The notes beneath the pieces were generated by a model. The model was not told where the DNA came from. It saw only the letters and a program-made list of their open reading frames with translations, and ran no database searches. DNA of 64,000 bases, from positions 671,159 to 735,158 of the forward strand of contig JACPJW010000001.1 of assembly GCA_016187335.1 (NCBI GenBank), written 5' to 3'. This document shows positions 26,331 to 35,756 of this stretch, one piece after another. This stretch comes from Candidatus Aenigmatarchaeota archaeon (GTDB taxonomy: Archaea > Aenigmatarchaeota > Aenigmatarchaeia > GW2011-AR5). A program made the position numbers and the translations under genes. Position 1 is the first letter of the stretch. Each line of letters opens with the position of its first letter.

Positions 26331-27320
26331 CTAGGAAGCGAACGTGGTAAATGCTTCCTTGCTGTCTATTATTCTGGGCATCTTGAAATTATTCTCATGA
26401 TTAATATTTTCTAATATTTTTTTTGTTTCTGAATTATTCATAGTTCTTCTGTTATTAGTAACAATATAATCAAGCCGATTTACGACAGCAGCTGCAATTA
26501 TTTCGCAGTCTTCAATAGTGATTTTTATTTTTGCATTTATACATGCCTTGAAATAAGATTCTGCAAGAATTTTGACATTTTGATTTATCTCCAAGGCATT
26601 GTTTATGGCAGAATTGTAAAGCTTCAAAGTTTCCATCCTTGTAGGTTTGTGGGGGTTCTTTTCAAGCTCTTTCTTAATTGTACCAAATCCTAAAATTAAC
26701 AGACGCCCATCATTTTTTTCATTTATAAGTTTTGATACCAAATCCCCGACAGATTTGTCTTCTACCGCCCATCCATAAATATTAGTATCAAAAAGAATTT
26801 TTGTTGGTATAATTTCAGAAAACCACAGTTTTATTTCCGTTTCGGCTTCCTCTTTGTTGCCCGATGCGTGTATCAGATTGTACACAGGCCTTCTTTCCTT
26901 GTTCGCCTGCAGGATGTTGTCATTGCCTAAATCGCCGCGTATCGTGCCCTTTTCAGCTGCCGAAGGATCCGTGTAGCCCGTGATTTCCCTTGCCTTCTTT
27001 ATTGCGTTCTCGCCTTCCAGAATCATGGCAACAACGGGCCCTGAAGTCATGTATTTGCGCATGCCCGTTACGATAAACATGCCGTAGCCGTGGGGGTCCT
27101 TGCTTGCGAAAGGATCCCCGGCTTTCTTTCCTTTTTCAGCCAGCGAGAGCAGGTATTCTTCTTTTTCCGGGTAATGTTTTTTTATCAGCGATTCAGAAAC
27201 GCCCAGCATCTTCATTGCGGCAATGCGCAGCCCGCCTTTTTCATACCTGCTGATTATTTCGCCTATAAGATTCCTTTCAACGCCGTCCGGCTTTATCACG
27301 ATGAGGGTTTGCTCTTTCAT
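26331..27320 (-). CDS. ndk: Nucleoside diphosphate kinase fused to a C-terminal PIN domain
   Basis: N-terminal half has TLIVIKPDGV...NLIHASG (NDK). C-terminal half has ILFDTNIY...EDCEIIAAAVV...YIVTNN (PIN acidic residues). The C-terminal half is visibly more AT-rich. Confidence 0.7.
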   Translation of the reverse strand: MKEQTLIVIKPDGVERNLIGEIISRYEKGGLRIAAMKMLGVSESLIKKHYPEKEEYLLSLAEKGKKAGDPFASKDPHGYGMFIVTGMRKYMTSGPVVAMILEGENAIKKAREITGYTDPSAAEKGTIRGDLGNDNILQANKERRPVYNLIHASGNKEEAETEIKLWFSEIIPTKILFDTNIYGWAVEDKSVGDLVSKLINEKNDGRLLILGFGTIKKELEKNPHKPTRMETLKLYNSAINNALEINQNVKILAESYFKACINAKIKITIEDCEIIAAAVVNRLDYIVTNNRRTMNNSETKKILENINHENNFKMPRIIDSKEAFTTFAS

Positions 27321-27333
27321 GATTAAAAACTCC

Positions 27334-27723
27334 TTACCATTTTTCTGTTTTTAGTTCTTTAATTTTTGAAAAATGCTTTGTGTTTCTCGTCACAAGGCTG
27401 CAGCCGTTTGATATTGCTATGGATGCTATGAAAATATCCCTCAAATCAAGCTGGGTGCCTTTTTGGGAAAGTTCCTTATGGATGTCACTAGCCTTTTCGG
27501 ATGCTTTTTCATCAAACGGAAGCATTAACAATTTTGCCAGTATCTTTCTGGATTCTTCCAGATTCGCCTCTTTTTTTGATTTTTTTGCCCCGAAGAGTAT
27601 TTCATACGCATTAATCGAGGTTGTAAATGCCTTGCCTTCTTCATCAATTGATTTGGATTTTTCCAAGGCTTGTTCGTTCCCTCTTAAAATTGCCACGAGA
27701 AAATCAGAGTCAAGGCATTTCAT
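27334..27723 (-). CDS. vapC: PIN-domain toxin VapC
   Basis: CLDSDFLV...DIFIASIAISNGCSLVTRNTKHF. Overlaps the upstream antitoxin by 4 nt. Confidence 0.75.
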   Translation of the reverse strand: MKCLDSDFLVAILRGNEQALEKSKSIDEEGKAFTTSINAYEILFGAKKSKKEANLEESRKILAKLLMLPFDEKASEKASDIHKELSQKGTQLDLRDIFIASIAISNGCSLVTRNTKHFSKIKELKTEKW

Positions 27724-27941
27724 TTTTTACCAAACCCTTTCCATGCCCTTTTCAGTTCCTTGTCTATTTTTTTCCATTCGCTTTCAGTCATATCCCACTT
27801 GCCGAAAGAATCGGCTAACCTCCCCCTTCTGGCGGTAAGTTTCAGAATGGTCTTGCTGAAGCTCTCTCCCTTTCTCTTCTCCCTTGCCAAGGCCTCGTAA
27901 GCCTCGTCAAGAATTGTTATTGTCTTGGTCCCCATATCCAT
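27720..27941 (-). CDS. vapB: VapB-like antitoxin
   Basis: 73 aa; TKTITILDEAYEALAREKRKGESFSKTILKL. The 4-nt overlap with vapC is the typical type II TA arrangement. Confidence 0.6.
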   Translation of the reverse strand: MDMGTKTITILDEAYEALAREKRKGESFSKTILKLTARRGRLADSFGKWDMTESEWKKIDKELKRAWKGFGKK

Positions 27942-27982
27942 TTATGTGTATGTGTATGTTTAAATATTTATCTCAGAAATAA

Positions 27983-28327
27983 TCAGTCCGTCAGTTCAAT
28001 CTCAATGTTCACGTCGCGCGGTATCCTTATCCTCGTTATCTGCCGCAGCACGCGGTCGTTGGCGCCGACGTCGAGGACCCTTTTGTGGATTCGCATTTCC
28101 CATGTTTCCCAGTTGCCCCCGCCGCCTCCGCGGTGCATGCCGTCTCCGCACGGGGTGCGCATGACAGGCACGCGCAGCTTTTTGGTCGGCAGCGGTATCG
28201 GCCCGCTGACAGCAGTTCCCAGCTTCTCGGCTATGTCCTTGATTTCCTTGGACAAATCGTCAAGCTGCTTCGGGTCCTTCCCTGTCAGTTTTATCCGCGC
28301 CGTGTTCATAATAACCAAAACATACAT
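27983..28327 (-). CDS. rps10: 30S ribosomal protein S10
   Basis: ARIKLTG...LSKEIKDIAEKLG...GPIPLPTK...RIHKRVLD. Start may be the ATG at 28309. Confidence 0.9.
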   Translation of the reverse strand: MYVLVIMNTARIKLTGKDPKQLDDLSKEIKDIAEKLGTAVSGPIPLPTKKLRVPVMRTPCGDGMHRGGGGGNWETWEMRIHKRVLDVGANDRVLRQITRIRIPRDVNIEIELTD

Positions 28328-28360
28328 CAGAAGATAAATATTAAAGCATTTTCGGATTCG

Positions 28361-28762
28361 CTAGCCGAGGAACTCCGACGTCAGGATAAACAGAACAGAA
28401 GAATCATTGTACAGCATATATTTGTCCGCCGCTGCATCGCCGAATTTTTCATTAACGTAATAAAACCAGTAGTGCGTTGAGTTCTGCTCAAAGCCGTTGA
28501 TTGATGTTACAAGCTTCCCTAGACCGGCGAATTCTTTGTATTCGACGGCAAAGGAGCTGTTCAGCGCGTCAAACACCGTGGAGCCGTTGTTAATCGTTGC
28601 TATCCCTGTTGCGTTTGACGAGCCGGAATTCACCGTAAGATTTATTTTTATTCTTTCCGAACTTTCTTCTCTTGTAGAAGAAAGGAACGAACTTATCAGC
28701 AGGCTCGCTACCGCTACCAGCAGCAGGCCTGAGGCCAAGAATTTCTTTTTCAACCAAGACAC
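28361..28762 (-). CDS. Secreted DUF4430 (transcobalamin-like) domain protein
   Basis: Signal peptide KKKFLASGLLLVAVASLL; TVFDALNSSF...LVTSINGFEQNSTHYWFYYVN. GGAGG lies upstream of alternative GTG/TTG starts. Confidence 0.6.
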   Translation of the reverse strand: MSWLKKKFLASGLLLVAVASLLISSFLSSTREESSERIKINLTVNSGSSNATGIATINNGSTVFDALNSSFAVEYKEFAGLGKLVTSINGFEQNSTHYWFYYVNEKFGDAAADKYMLYNDSSVLFILTSEFLG

Positions 28763-29342
28763 CTCCTTTCGCTTTCTTTATCTGTTCGCCGAATTCGTAG
28801 AAAGCAATCACGAACCCGACGCTGCTTATAATGTGAACCAGCGAAAAAGGCAGGCTTGTCAGCATGTAAAGGGCTGTGAAAGCAATGCTGAAGGACATCA
28901 GAAATCCTAAGCTTGCTGTCACTATGATTTCATATGCAGCAATGCCGAGAAAAGTCGCGATAACAGCGCTGGTCCTTGATCTTGAAAAGAAGCCGAAAAT
29001 GCCGCCGACGAATCCTGCTGCGCCAGCGCCTGCTGCCTGGAACAAAGTCCACGGACCCTGCCCTCCCCATACCAGAAAATTTGACGCGTAAAAACCCGAA
29101 GCGCCTGAAACAGCTCCGGCAACAGGGCCGAAAAAGAATCCGACAAGGATTGCAAGCGGAGTAAGCGGCTCGACGCTGGGTATGAACTGGAACGCTGCGC
29201 GGCCGAGGACACCTATGCCTGTAAGTATTGTGATAAGAAGTGCTATCCTGATGGTCGAGTATTGAAATTTTTGGAGTGTTAAAAGAACTTGTATTTGTTT
29301 TGGCTTTTTAATCGTTTTATAAAGCTGCCTTGTTTTCGGCAT
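28590..29342 (-). CDS. Integral membrane protein, ECF-transporter S-component-like
   Basis: FQFIPSVEPLTPLAILVGFFFGP and Gly-rich TM helices. The ORF runs 170 nt into the DUF4430 gene in another frame. Confidence 0.4.
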   Translation of the reverse strand: MPKTRQLYKTIKKPKQIQVLLTLQKFQYSTIRIALLITILTGIGVLGRAAFQFIPSVEPLTPLAILVGFFFGPVAGAVSGASGFYASNFLVWGGQGPWTLFQAAGAGAAGFVGGIFGFFSRSRTSAVIATFLGIAAYEIIVTASLGFLMSFSIAFTALYMLTSLPFSLVHIISSVGFVIAFYEFGEQIKKAKGGVLVEKEILGLRPAAGSGSEPADKFVPFFYKRRKFGKNKNKSYGEFRLVKRNRDSND

Positions 29343-29425
29343 CTGGTTATCTAACTAAACCAAATTTTAAAGCTATTGCTAAGACCCGAAATATATTTTG
29401 ATAAAAGGAAAAGAAGAAAAGTCCA

Positions 29426-30691
29426 TTAATGCACAACGTCAATGCAAATTCCAGCTGCAACCGTCTGCCCCATGTCGCGGATTGCAAAGCGCGCCATCTG
29501 GGGAATGTCTGACTGTTTTTCAATGATCAGCGGCTTTGAAGGCTTTATCTTCACCACGGCCGCGTCGCCTGTTTTTATGTAGTCAGGGTTTTCCTGCGCT
29601 ACAGCGCCTGTTTTCGGGTCGAGCTTCTTTGTTATTTCCGTGATCGTGCACGCAACCTGCGCCGTGTGCACGTGGAACACCGGAGTATATCCTTTGCTGA
29701 TGACAGAAGGATGATTCAGAACGATTATCTGCGCCGTGAATTCCTTGACAGGCTTTGCTGCATTGTTCGGGTGGCACACAACGTCGCCCCTCTTGATGTC
29801 CGTTTTCGACGCGCCGCGTATGTTGAAGCCGATGTTGTCGCCCGGGAGGGCTTCCTGGACCTGCTCGTGGTGCATCTCTATTGATTTCACTTCCGCTGAT
29901 GTCCCGGAAGGAACGAAAACTATCTTGTCGTTTATCTTGATGACGCCTGTTTCAACCCTGCCGACAGGCACGGTTCCTACTCCTGTTATTGAATAAACGT
30001 CCTGCACAGGCAGCCTTAGCGGCTTGTCCGTTGGCTGTGCCGGCGGGCTGAATTTGTCCAAAGCTTCAATAAGTGTCGGCCCCTTGTACCACGCCGTCTT
30101 TTCGCTTTTCTTCGCAACATTGTCGCCTATATAGCCTGAAGTCGGCACGAAAACTATTTCATCCGTCTTGAATCCTATGCCCTTCAGCAGCTTGATGACG
30201 TTTTCCTTTGTTTCGCTGAATTTATTCTCTTCGTAATTCACGGCGTCCATCTTGTTTATGGCAACAACAACCTGGTTCACGCCCAGCACCTTCGCAAGAT
30301 AAGCGTGCTCCTTCGTCTGCTCCTGCACGCCCTCCTTCGCGGAGCATACTAATATAGCGCCGTCGGCCTGTGACGTGCCTGTAATCATGTTCTTTACAAA
30401 ATCGCGGTGCCCCGGAGCGTCTATGATTGTGAAGTAATATTTTGGCGTGTCAAATCTCTGGTGCATGATGTCTATGGTCACGCCTCGCTCCCTTTCTTCC
30501 TTCAGCCTGTCCATGATGAACGCGAACTCGAACGTTTCCTTTTTCAGCTCCTTGGCGAGGTCTTTCAGCTTGCGCAATGCATCGTCCCTGATTGCTCCTG
30601 TATCGTAAAGCAGTCTGCCTACTAGTGTTGACTTCCCGTGGTCTACGTGACCTATAGTTACCAGGTTTATGTGCGGTTTCTTTTCAGCCAT
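29426..30691 (-). CDS. tuf: Translation elongation factor aEF-1 alpha
   Basis: [27 protein letters not shown]. Confidence 0.95.
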   Translation of the reverse strand: MAEKKPHINLVTIGHVDHGKSTLVGRLLYDTGAIRDDALRKLKDLAKELKKETFEFAFIMDRLKEERERGVTIDIMHQRFDTPKYYFTIIDAPGHRDFVKNMITGTSQADGAILVCSAKEGVQEQTKEHAYLAKVLGVNQVVVAINKMDAVNYEENKFSETKENVIKLLKGIGFKTDEIVFVPTSGYIGDNVAKKSEKTAWYKGPTLIEALDKFSPPAQPTDKPLRLPVQDVYSITGVGTVPVGRVETGVIKINDKIVFVPSGTSAEVKSIEMHHEQVQEALPGDNIGFNIRGASKTDIKRGDVVCHPNNAAKPVKEFTAQIIVLNHPSVISKGYTPVFHVHTAQVACTITEITKKLDPKTGAVAQENPDYIKTGDAAVVKIKPSKPLIIEKQSDIPQMARFAIRDMGQTVAAGICIDVVH

Positions 30692-30859
30692 TTCATGACC
30701 TCCGATTGAAACATTAACTGTGGTGAAATCTTTTTATTGCTTTTGTCACAGCCAAAGAATACTATTCCAAACGTTTTTAAAGCTTATATTTTTAATATTG
30801 ATTCAGAATACTAAAATTCAGAATTACGTGTCCGAAAGATTCGGCAAAGCGAGATAAAA

Positions 30860-33040
30860 TCAAAACCCCGGCATCTCCTTCGGCATGCCTTTTCTTTCCC
30901 TTATCTTTGTGATAACCTGCGTTTTCATCTCTTCCGGCAGTTTTTCAAAAGTTACGTCAATGAGCGAGTAAAAGCCCTTGCCGCCCGTCGCGCTTTTGAG
31001 CTGCGCCTCGAAGCCGAACATCTCGGCTACGGGCATTTTCGCTGTTACGACAGCAACGCCCTGCTCGATCTGCGTGTCCAGAATCTGCCCGCGGCGGTTC
31101 TGCACCTGGTTCATGGCATTTCCCATCAGCTCCTCGGGGACGTCTATGCGTATCGTCTGTATCGGCTCGAGCAGGGTGGGCTTCGCCTTGAATATCGCTT
31201 CCTTCAGCGCGTCGCTTATTGCCGGCAGCACCTGCGCGGGGCCGCGGTGTATGGCGTCCTCATGCAGCTTCGCGTCAACTATTTTTACTTTCAGTCCCGA
31301 GCAGGGCTCGCCCGCGAGGGGACCTGAATCCATGACGTTCTGGAAGCCTTCTATGACGAGTTCTATGGTCTCGTTCAGGTATTGGATGCCTTTTGTCGCG
31401 TCAATGAACAGGCATTTGTTGTGTATGTCGTAAATGCTCTTCGCCTCGTCCCTGCCCATGCCGGCGTCAACAAGCTGCTGCACGACCGTCTTGATATTCT
31501 TGCGGACGTTTTCTTCTATGACGTTGCCGGAAACAAGGGCATTATAAACTCCTTGCTCCATTGGTTCCACGGTCATGTAAAACCTGTTGTGCTTGTTCGA
31601 CGACTTGCCTTCCACCTCCGGCGAATACCCGCGCACGGTTTCGCGGTAAATGACTATCGGCGTCGACGTTTTCACTTCTATGCCCTTGTCTTTCAGCGGA
31701 CGCTCCACTTTCGCGTCAATATGAAGCTCGCCAAGGCCGGAAACCAGGTATTCTCCTGTTTCCTCGTTTATTTTGACAACCAGCGTAGGGTCTTCCCTGC
31801 TTATCTGCTTGAGGAACATTATCAGCTTCGGCAGGTCGGAAGGATCCGCCACGTCAATGCTTTTCGTGACAACTGGCTCAAAAATATGCTTTATCGCCTC
31901 AAACGGCTCTATTTCCCGTTCAGCGTCGCACACGGTTTCGCCGCTGAATGCATCGGTGAGCCCGACAACGCCCACGACGTTCCCCGCGCTGACTTCTTCC
32001 ATCTGCACGCGCTGCGGTCCCTTGTAAATGCTCACCTGCTGCACCCTGCGCGTCATGTGCTGCGCAACAAGGCGGACTTCCATGCCGCGCTTCAGCGTGC
32101 CCGAAAAAATCCTGCCTGCCGCGACAATGCCTGCGTGCGGGTCAGGGACGACTTTTGTGATTATCATCGCCAGCGGCCCGTTCGGATCCATGGCGAGCAT
32201 GCTTTTGCCTGCTTCGCTTTCCACGTCGCCGTGCCATATCTTAGGTATCCTGTATTTCTGCGCATCCTCGGGATTCGGCAGGTGCCTGGTGACCATGTTC
32301 AGCACGATGCGGTGAAGCGGCGCTTTTTCGGACAGTTCTTCATCCCTGCCCTGGGAAGACAGCTCGATTATGTCCTTGAACGTTATCTTGTGCTCCTTCA
32401 TGTACGGAACAGAAATAGCCCATTTCCTGTAAGCCGCGCCGAAAGCAACGCTGCCGTCGTCGACCTTGACAAGAAACTTTTCGGCATAAGCCTTCTCAGA
32501 ATATTTCTGTATGAGCCTGTTCACCTGCGCGATAATATTAAGAAATCTTTGCTGCATCTGTTCCGGCGACAGCTGCAGTTCCTTGATGAGCCTGTCCACC
32601 TTGTTTATGAAAAGAACCGGCTTCACCCTTTCGTGCAGCGCCTGCCTTACAACGGTCTCGGTCTGCGGCATCACTGCTTCCACGGCGTCCACGACGATAA
32701 TCGCGCCGTCTATGGCTCTCATCGCCCTTGTTACGTCGCCGCCGAAATCTACGTGGCCGGGAGTGTCTATAAGATTTATCAGATACTCGTTGCCCTCCAC
32801 CTCGTGGATCATGCTGACGTTTGCGGCAAAAATTGTTATGCCCCTTTCCTGCTCCTGCTTGTCGAAGTCAGTGAACAGCTGCTGCCCTGCCAGTTCCTCG
32901 GATATCATGCCAGCGCCCGCAACGAGGTTGTCCGTCAGCGTCGTTTTCCCGTGGTCAATGTGGGCTGCGATCGCTATGTTCCTGATCTGCTCGGGCTTGT
33001 GCATCAGTTCCTGCACGCGCTCATTCAGGTCTCGTGCCAT
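30860..33040 (-). CDS. fusA: Translation elongation factor aEF-2
   Basis: AHIDHGKTTL, DTPGHVDF, NKVDR. Start placed at MARDLNERV (33040), with GGAGG 8 nt upstream. Confidence 0.95.
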   Translation of the reverse strand: MARDLNERVQELMHKPEQIRNIAIAAHIDHGKTTLTDNLVAGAGMISEELAGQQLFTDFDKQEQERGITIFAANVSMIHEVEGNEYLINLIDTPGHVDFGGDVTRAMRAIDGAIIVVDAVEAVMPQTETVVRQALHERVKPVLFINKVDRLIKELQLSPEQMQQRFLNIIAQVNRLIQKYSEKAYAEKFLVKVDDGSVAFGAAYRKWAISVPYMKEHKITFKDIIELSSQGRDEELSEKAPLHRIVLNMVTRHLPNPEDAQKYRIPKIWHGDVESEAGKSMLAMDPNGPLAMIITKVVPDPHAGIVAAGRIFSGTLKRGMEVRLVAQHMTRRVQQVSIYKGPQRVQMEEVSAGNVVGVVGLTDAFSGETVCDAEREIEPFEAIKHIFEPVVTKSIDVADPSDLPKLIMFLKQISREDPTLVVKINEETGEYLVSGLGELHIDAKVERPLKDKGIEVKTSTPIVIYRETVRGYSPEVEGKSSNKHNRFYMTVEPMEQGVYNALVSGNVIEENVRKNIKTVVQQLVDAGMGRDEAKSIYDIHNKCLFIDATKGIQYLNETIELVIEGFQNVMDSGPLAGEPCSGLKVKIVDAKLHEDAIHRGPAQVLPAISDALKEAIFKAKPTLLEPIQTIRIDVPEELMGNAMNQVQNRRGQILDTQIEQGVAVVTAKMPVAEMFGFEAQLKSATGGKGFYSLIDVTFEKLPEEMKTQVITKIRERKGMPKEMPGF

Positions 33041-33151
33041 TTTTTGTCCTCCGTTTCTTTTTGTTTTATTGTTGTAACTGATTGTATTTAAAAAATTGAG
33101 AAGCATGCAGAATGCAGCTTCAGAAAAATGACAGGAGCATCGGTTTCCTCA

Positions 33152-33940
33152 TCATCTCGCCCCTGCGGCTTCCCTTTCTATTCTTTCCTTCTCGCGCAGC
33201 GCCGTTGAATCCTGCGAGCCGTGATACGCCGCAAGAATTTCTTCGGCCAACGCCTGCTCAATTCCGCGCTTGCTGTGGAAGGATTTCCTGTAGGTTCCCT
33301 GCGCGAAATACCGCAGCGTCTTGTCAACGCGCCTCTGCGGCGCCGTGATAACCGATTCCCTTGCCATTATGCTTCCCAGCTGGTAAGAAATTATTTCCTC
33401 GCGGACCGCCGCGTTTTCTATGGCGCGGACGAGAACTTCCACGGGATTCTTGTTTTCCTTTTTCTCGATGATTTCCAGGGCCTTTTCCACGGCTTTCAGG
33501 CAGTTCATGAGCCCGCCGGCCAGAGGGCCCGAAGTCAGGCGGTGCCTTTTTCCGGTGTGCCCCGGGACCATCATGTGCAGGGCAAGCCTTTCAGCAACGT
33601 GCATCTTTGATTTGTGGAATCTTCCGCGATGGATTCCGGCGCTTCTTGGAAGCAGTCTGGGCTCAAGGTTTATGTAAGGCCTCAGGCTCAGGTCATTTAC
33701 AATAACGTTGCTGTCCCATCTTCCGAAGAGCTTCAAGTCGAATTTTGTCTTTTCCCTTTTCTTTATCTCCACGCGCCTTGGTCTTCTGTCAAAACTTTTT
33801 CTGAATTCTCTGCGTTCGCCGAACTTGCGGCCTGACTGCCTTTCAACGGCCGCGCCTCTCTGGTCTTTTCCTCTCATTCCTTCATTTCTGCCGCGCATGT
33901 TTTCATTTCTCATGATATCACATTTTTTAAAAAACATCAA
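33152..33940 (-). CDS. rps7: 30S ribosomal protein S7 with an Arg/Gly/Lys-rich N-terminal extension
   Basis: The S7 core starts at LKLFGRWD. It is preceded by about 55-70 aa (MRGRNEGMRGKDQRG...RRPRRVEIKKREK). Several candidate Met starts. Confidence 0.85.
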   Translation of the reverse strand: MMFFKKCDIMRNENMRGRNEGMRGKDQRGAAVERQSGRKFGERREFRKSFDRRPRRVEIKKREKTKFDLKLFGRWDSNVIVNDLSLRPYINLEPRLLPRSAGIHRGRFHKSKMHVAERLALHMMVPGHTGKRHRLTSGPLAGGLMNCLKAVEKALEIIEKKENKNPVEVLVRAIENAAVREEIISYQLGSIMARESVITAPQRRVDKTLRYFAQGTYRKSFHSKRGIEQALAEEILAAYHGSQDSTALREKERIEREAAGAR

Positions 33941-34008
33941 AGCTGGGATGGAAAAGGCATATCGAAGTTGTGCCTTTCCTTTCCCTTTTATTTATCTTCA
34001 TCACACCT

Positions 34009-34434
34009 TTATCTCGTCGCCTTCTGCTTCTTGCCTGTCCTTATCTGCTCAAGGGAAATATCGTTGACTTTTATGACCCTGTACTTGATGCCTGATTGGG
34101 AACCTACAGCTCCGCCCTGCGAGCCGCCCATCCCCTCGATGACGACCTGGTCGTGCTCCGAGATGAAGTTTATCGCCCCTGTTCTCGGAACGAAGGCCGT
34201 GACCTGCTTGCCGTTTTTAATCAAGCGGACGCGGACGCACTTGATCAGGCCCGAGGACGGCTGCTTCTGCTCCACGACGCGCTTTTCCAAGACAATCCCT
34301 TTTGCCTGCGGCGCGCCCTCAAGAGGGTCAAACTTTTTCTTTATGTTCAGCATGCGCGTCCTGTATTTGATGTCGCGCCACCTGAACGCTTTCCTGTCCT
34401 TCGTCAGCTTCCTTGCACTGAATTCTCCGGGCAT
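34009..34434 (-). CDS. rps12: 30S ribosomal protein S12
   Basis: [15 protein letters not shown]...[20 protein letters not shown]. Confidence 0.95.
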   Translation of the reverse strand: MPGEFSARKLTKDRKAFRWRDIKYRTRMLNIKKKFDPLEGAPQAKGIVLEKRVVEQKQPSSGLIKCVRVRLIKNGKQVTAFVPRTGAINFISEHDQVVIEGMGGSQGGAVGSQSGIKYRVIKVNDISLEQIRTGKKQKATR

Positions 34435-34493
34435 GATAATCAGCTTAGATAATTATAACAAAGTATTAAATAGTTTGCTGGTTTTGGACTTCT

Positions 34494-35270
34494 ATGAAAT
34501 CACCAGAACCACAGGAAGTATCATTAAGGGAACAGTTAGGGAAAGTGGGACTCGATAGCGCGGCCAGAGACGGGGCGTTTCAACTAGTTAAAATATATGA
34601 ATCTTCTCCTCCTGTCCCTGTAATTTCAATTCAGACGACAAGGGTTTTTGGAGACATAGAGCCTTATACTTCTAGCTCTAGGCATTTAGTTTTTCCTTAT
34701 GGGAATGCTGTCCTAAAAAGCGAAGATGAAAATTGGAAATGCATAAGACAGCAAACTAAAACGCGACCCGAAACTTTAAACGAGTTTCACTTCGCTATTG
34801 GATATTCCAATAGGGGATTGCCTGTTGTCAGGCCAATATGCGTAATTCATGCTGTTGAAGAGGACGACTTTTTGCTTGTCGAACCGAAAGGATTTGATTT
34901 GAGGCTTGGGATGGAATATAATTTGTTGTCTAATTTGCCCGCGACCGAAGAAGAAGCCCGGGAAACACTAAGAGCCTTGGGCAGATTTTTTGTTGCCTTG
35001 AAACGGGCTGATAGAGCTTACCAGCCGAATGTTCTTTATTATGAACGATTCCCTTTCGAACATTTGATTCGTTTTGGTGAAAACGGAAGTTATCAGGTAC
35101 TTGTTACGGATAATCCTGCGTTTGTTCAGGAAGATATTGATGCGCCCGGAGGATATTTATCTGATGTTATAGCGCTATTTGAAGGGTACAAGAATAAAGA
35201 AGTATCGGAATTTGCTCTGCGGGCGCTAAGAGAGGGTCTTGAGCCGGAAATAATTATCACTTCACCCTGA
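34494..35270 (+). CDS. Orphan protein on the opposite strand between rps12 and nusA
   Basis: 258-aa ORF with lower GC than its neighbours; no family recognised. Confidence 0.4.
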   Translation: MKSPEPQEVSLREQLGKVGLDSAARDGAFQLVKIYESSPPVPVISIQTTRVFGDIEPYTSSSRHLVFPYGNAVLKSEDENWKCIRQQTKTRPETLNEFHFAIGYSNRGLPVVRPICVIHAVEEDDFLLVEPKGFDLRLGMEYNLLSNLPATEEEARETLRALGRFFVALKRADRAYQPNVLYYERFPFEHLIRFGENGSYQVLVTDNPAFVQEDIDAPGGYLSDVIALFEGYKNKEVSEFALRALREGLEPEIIITSP

Positions 35271-35661
35271 AGTGCTGGACCTCGAAAAACCTTTCCAGGA
35301 GCATTTTTATGATGCGGATGTTCTTGCCGCTCCTGCCGATGACGCGCGCGCGGTCCTGCGGCTTTATTTTCACGACGACTTCCTTGTCGTCTATATTCAC
35401 TTCCTGCGCCTCGGGAACAAGGTTGCGGATGAACCGCTCAAGGTCGTCGGAATATTCAAAGACCTTTATGTTTTTCTTGAAGACGCGCTCGGCATTGCGG
35501 ATGGTCGAGCCGCCCTTGCCCACTGCAAGCCCGTACTGCCCCTCGCCGACGACAAAATAAAGCTCGTCGTCTTCGTCGATGCAGTCAATGACGGAGCATC
35601 TAGTCAGGTTGTTGAAAAGGTTTATGCATTGTATCGTGTTCGTGTCAAGCGTCACTTTCAT
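35257..35661 (-). CDS. nusA: Archaeal NusA-like KH-domain transcription factor
   Basis: Two KH-like GxxG motifs (VGKGGSTI, IGRSGKNI); conserved position after rpl30e. Confidence 0.8.
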   Translation of the reverse strand: MKVTLDTNTIQCINLFNNLTRCSVIDCIDEDDELYFVVGEGQYGLAVGKGGSTIRNAERVFKKNIKVFEYSDDLERFIRNLVPEAQEVNIDDKEVVVKIKPQDRARVIGRSGKNIRIIKMLLERFFEVQHFRVK

Positions 35662-35756
35662 TTTAAAAAACCCCAGATTGATCGAAGCAAAGCAGAATTA
35701 ATCATTTTGTTTTCTTTATTCATCTTGCATCTCCGCTGAAACAAGTTTCTTCCCTC

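Noticed and set aside
26237-26350. 37-aa basic sORF (MKKGGNRKIPRPKPFGGMNPTEFFRKIRDEKSRKRTW) downstream of the ndk-PIN gene
   Set aside because: No convincing SD. It overlaps the convergent ndk-PIN 3' end and has no motif. There is too little evidence to call it.
31382-33091. 569-aa plus-strand ORF (and several 80-190-aa ORFs) opposite fusA
   Set aside because: It lies entirely antisense to a highly conserved EF-2 gene. The translation is Arg/His/Val/Phe-rich low-complexity sequence with no motifs, a typical shadow ORF of a GC-biased coding region.
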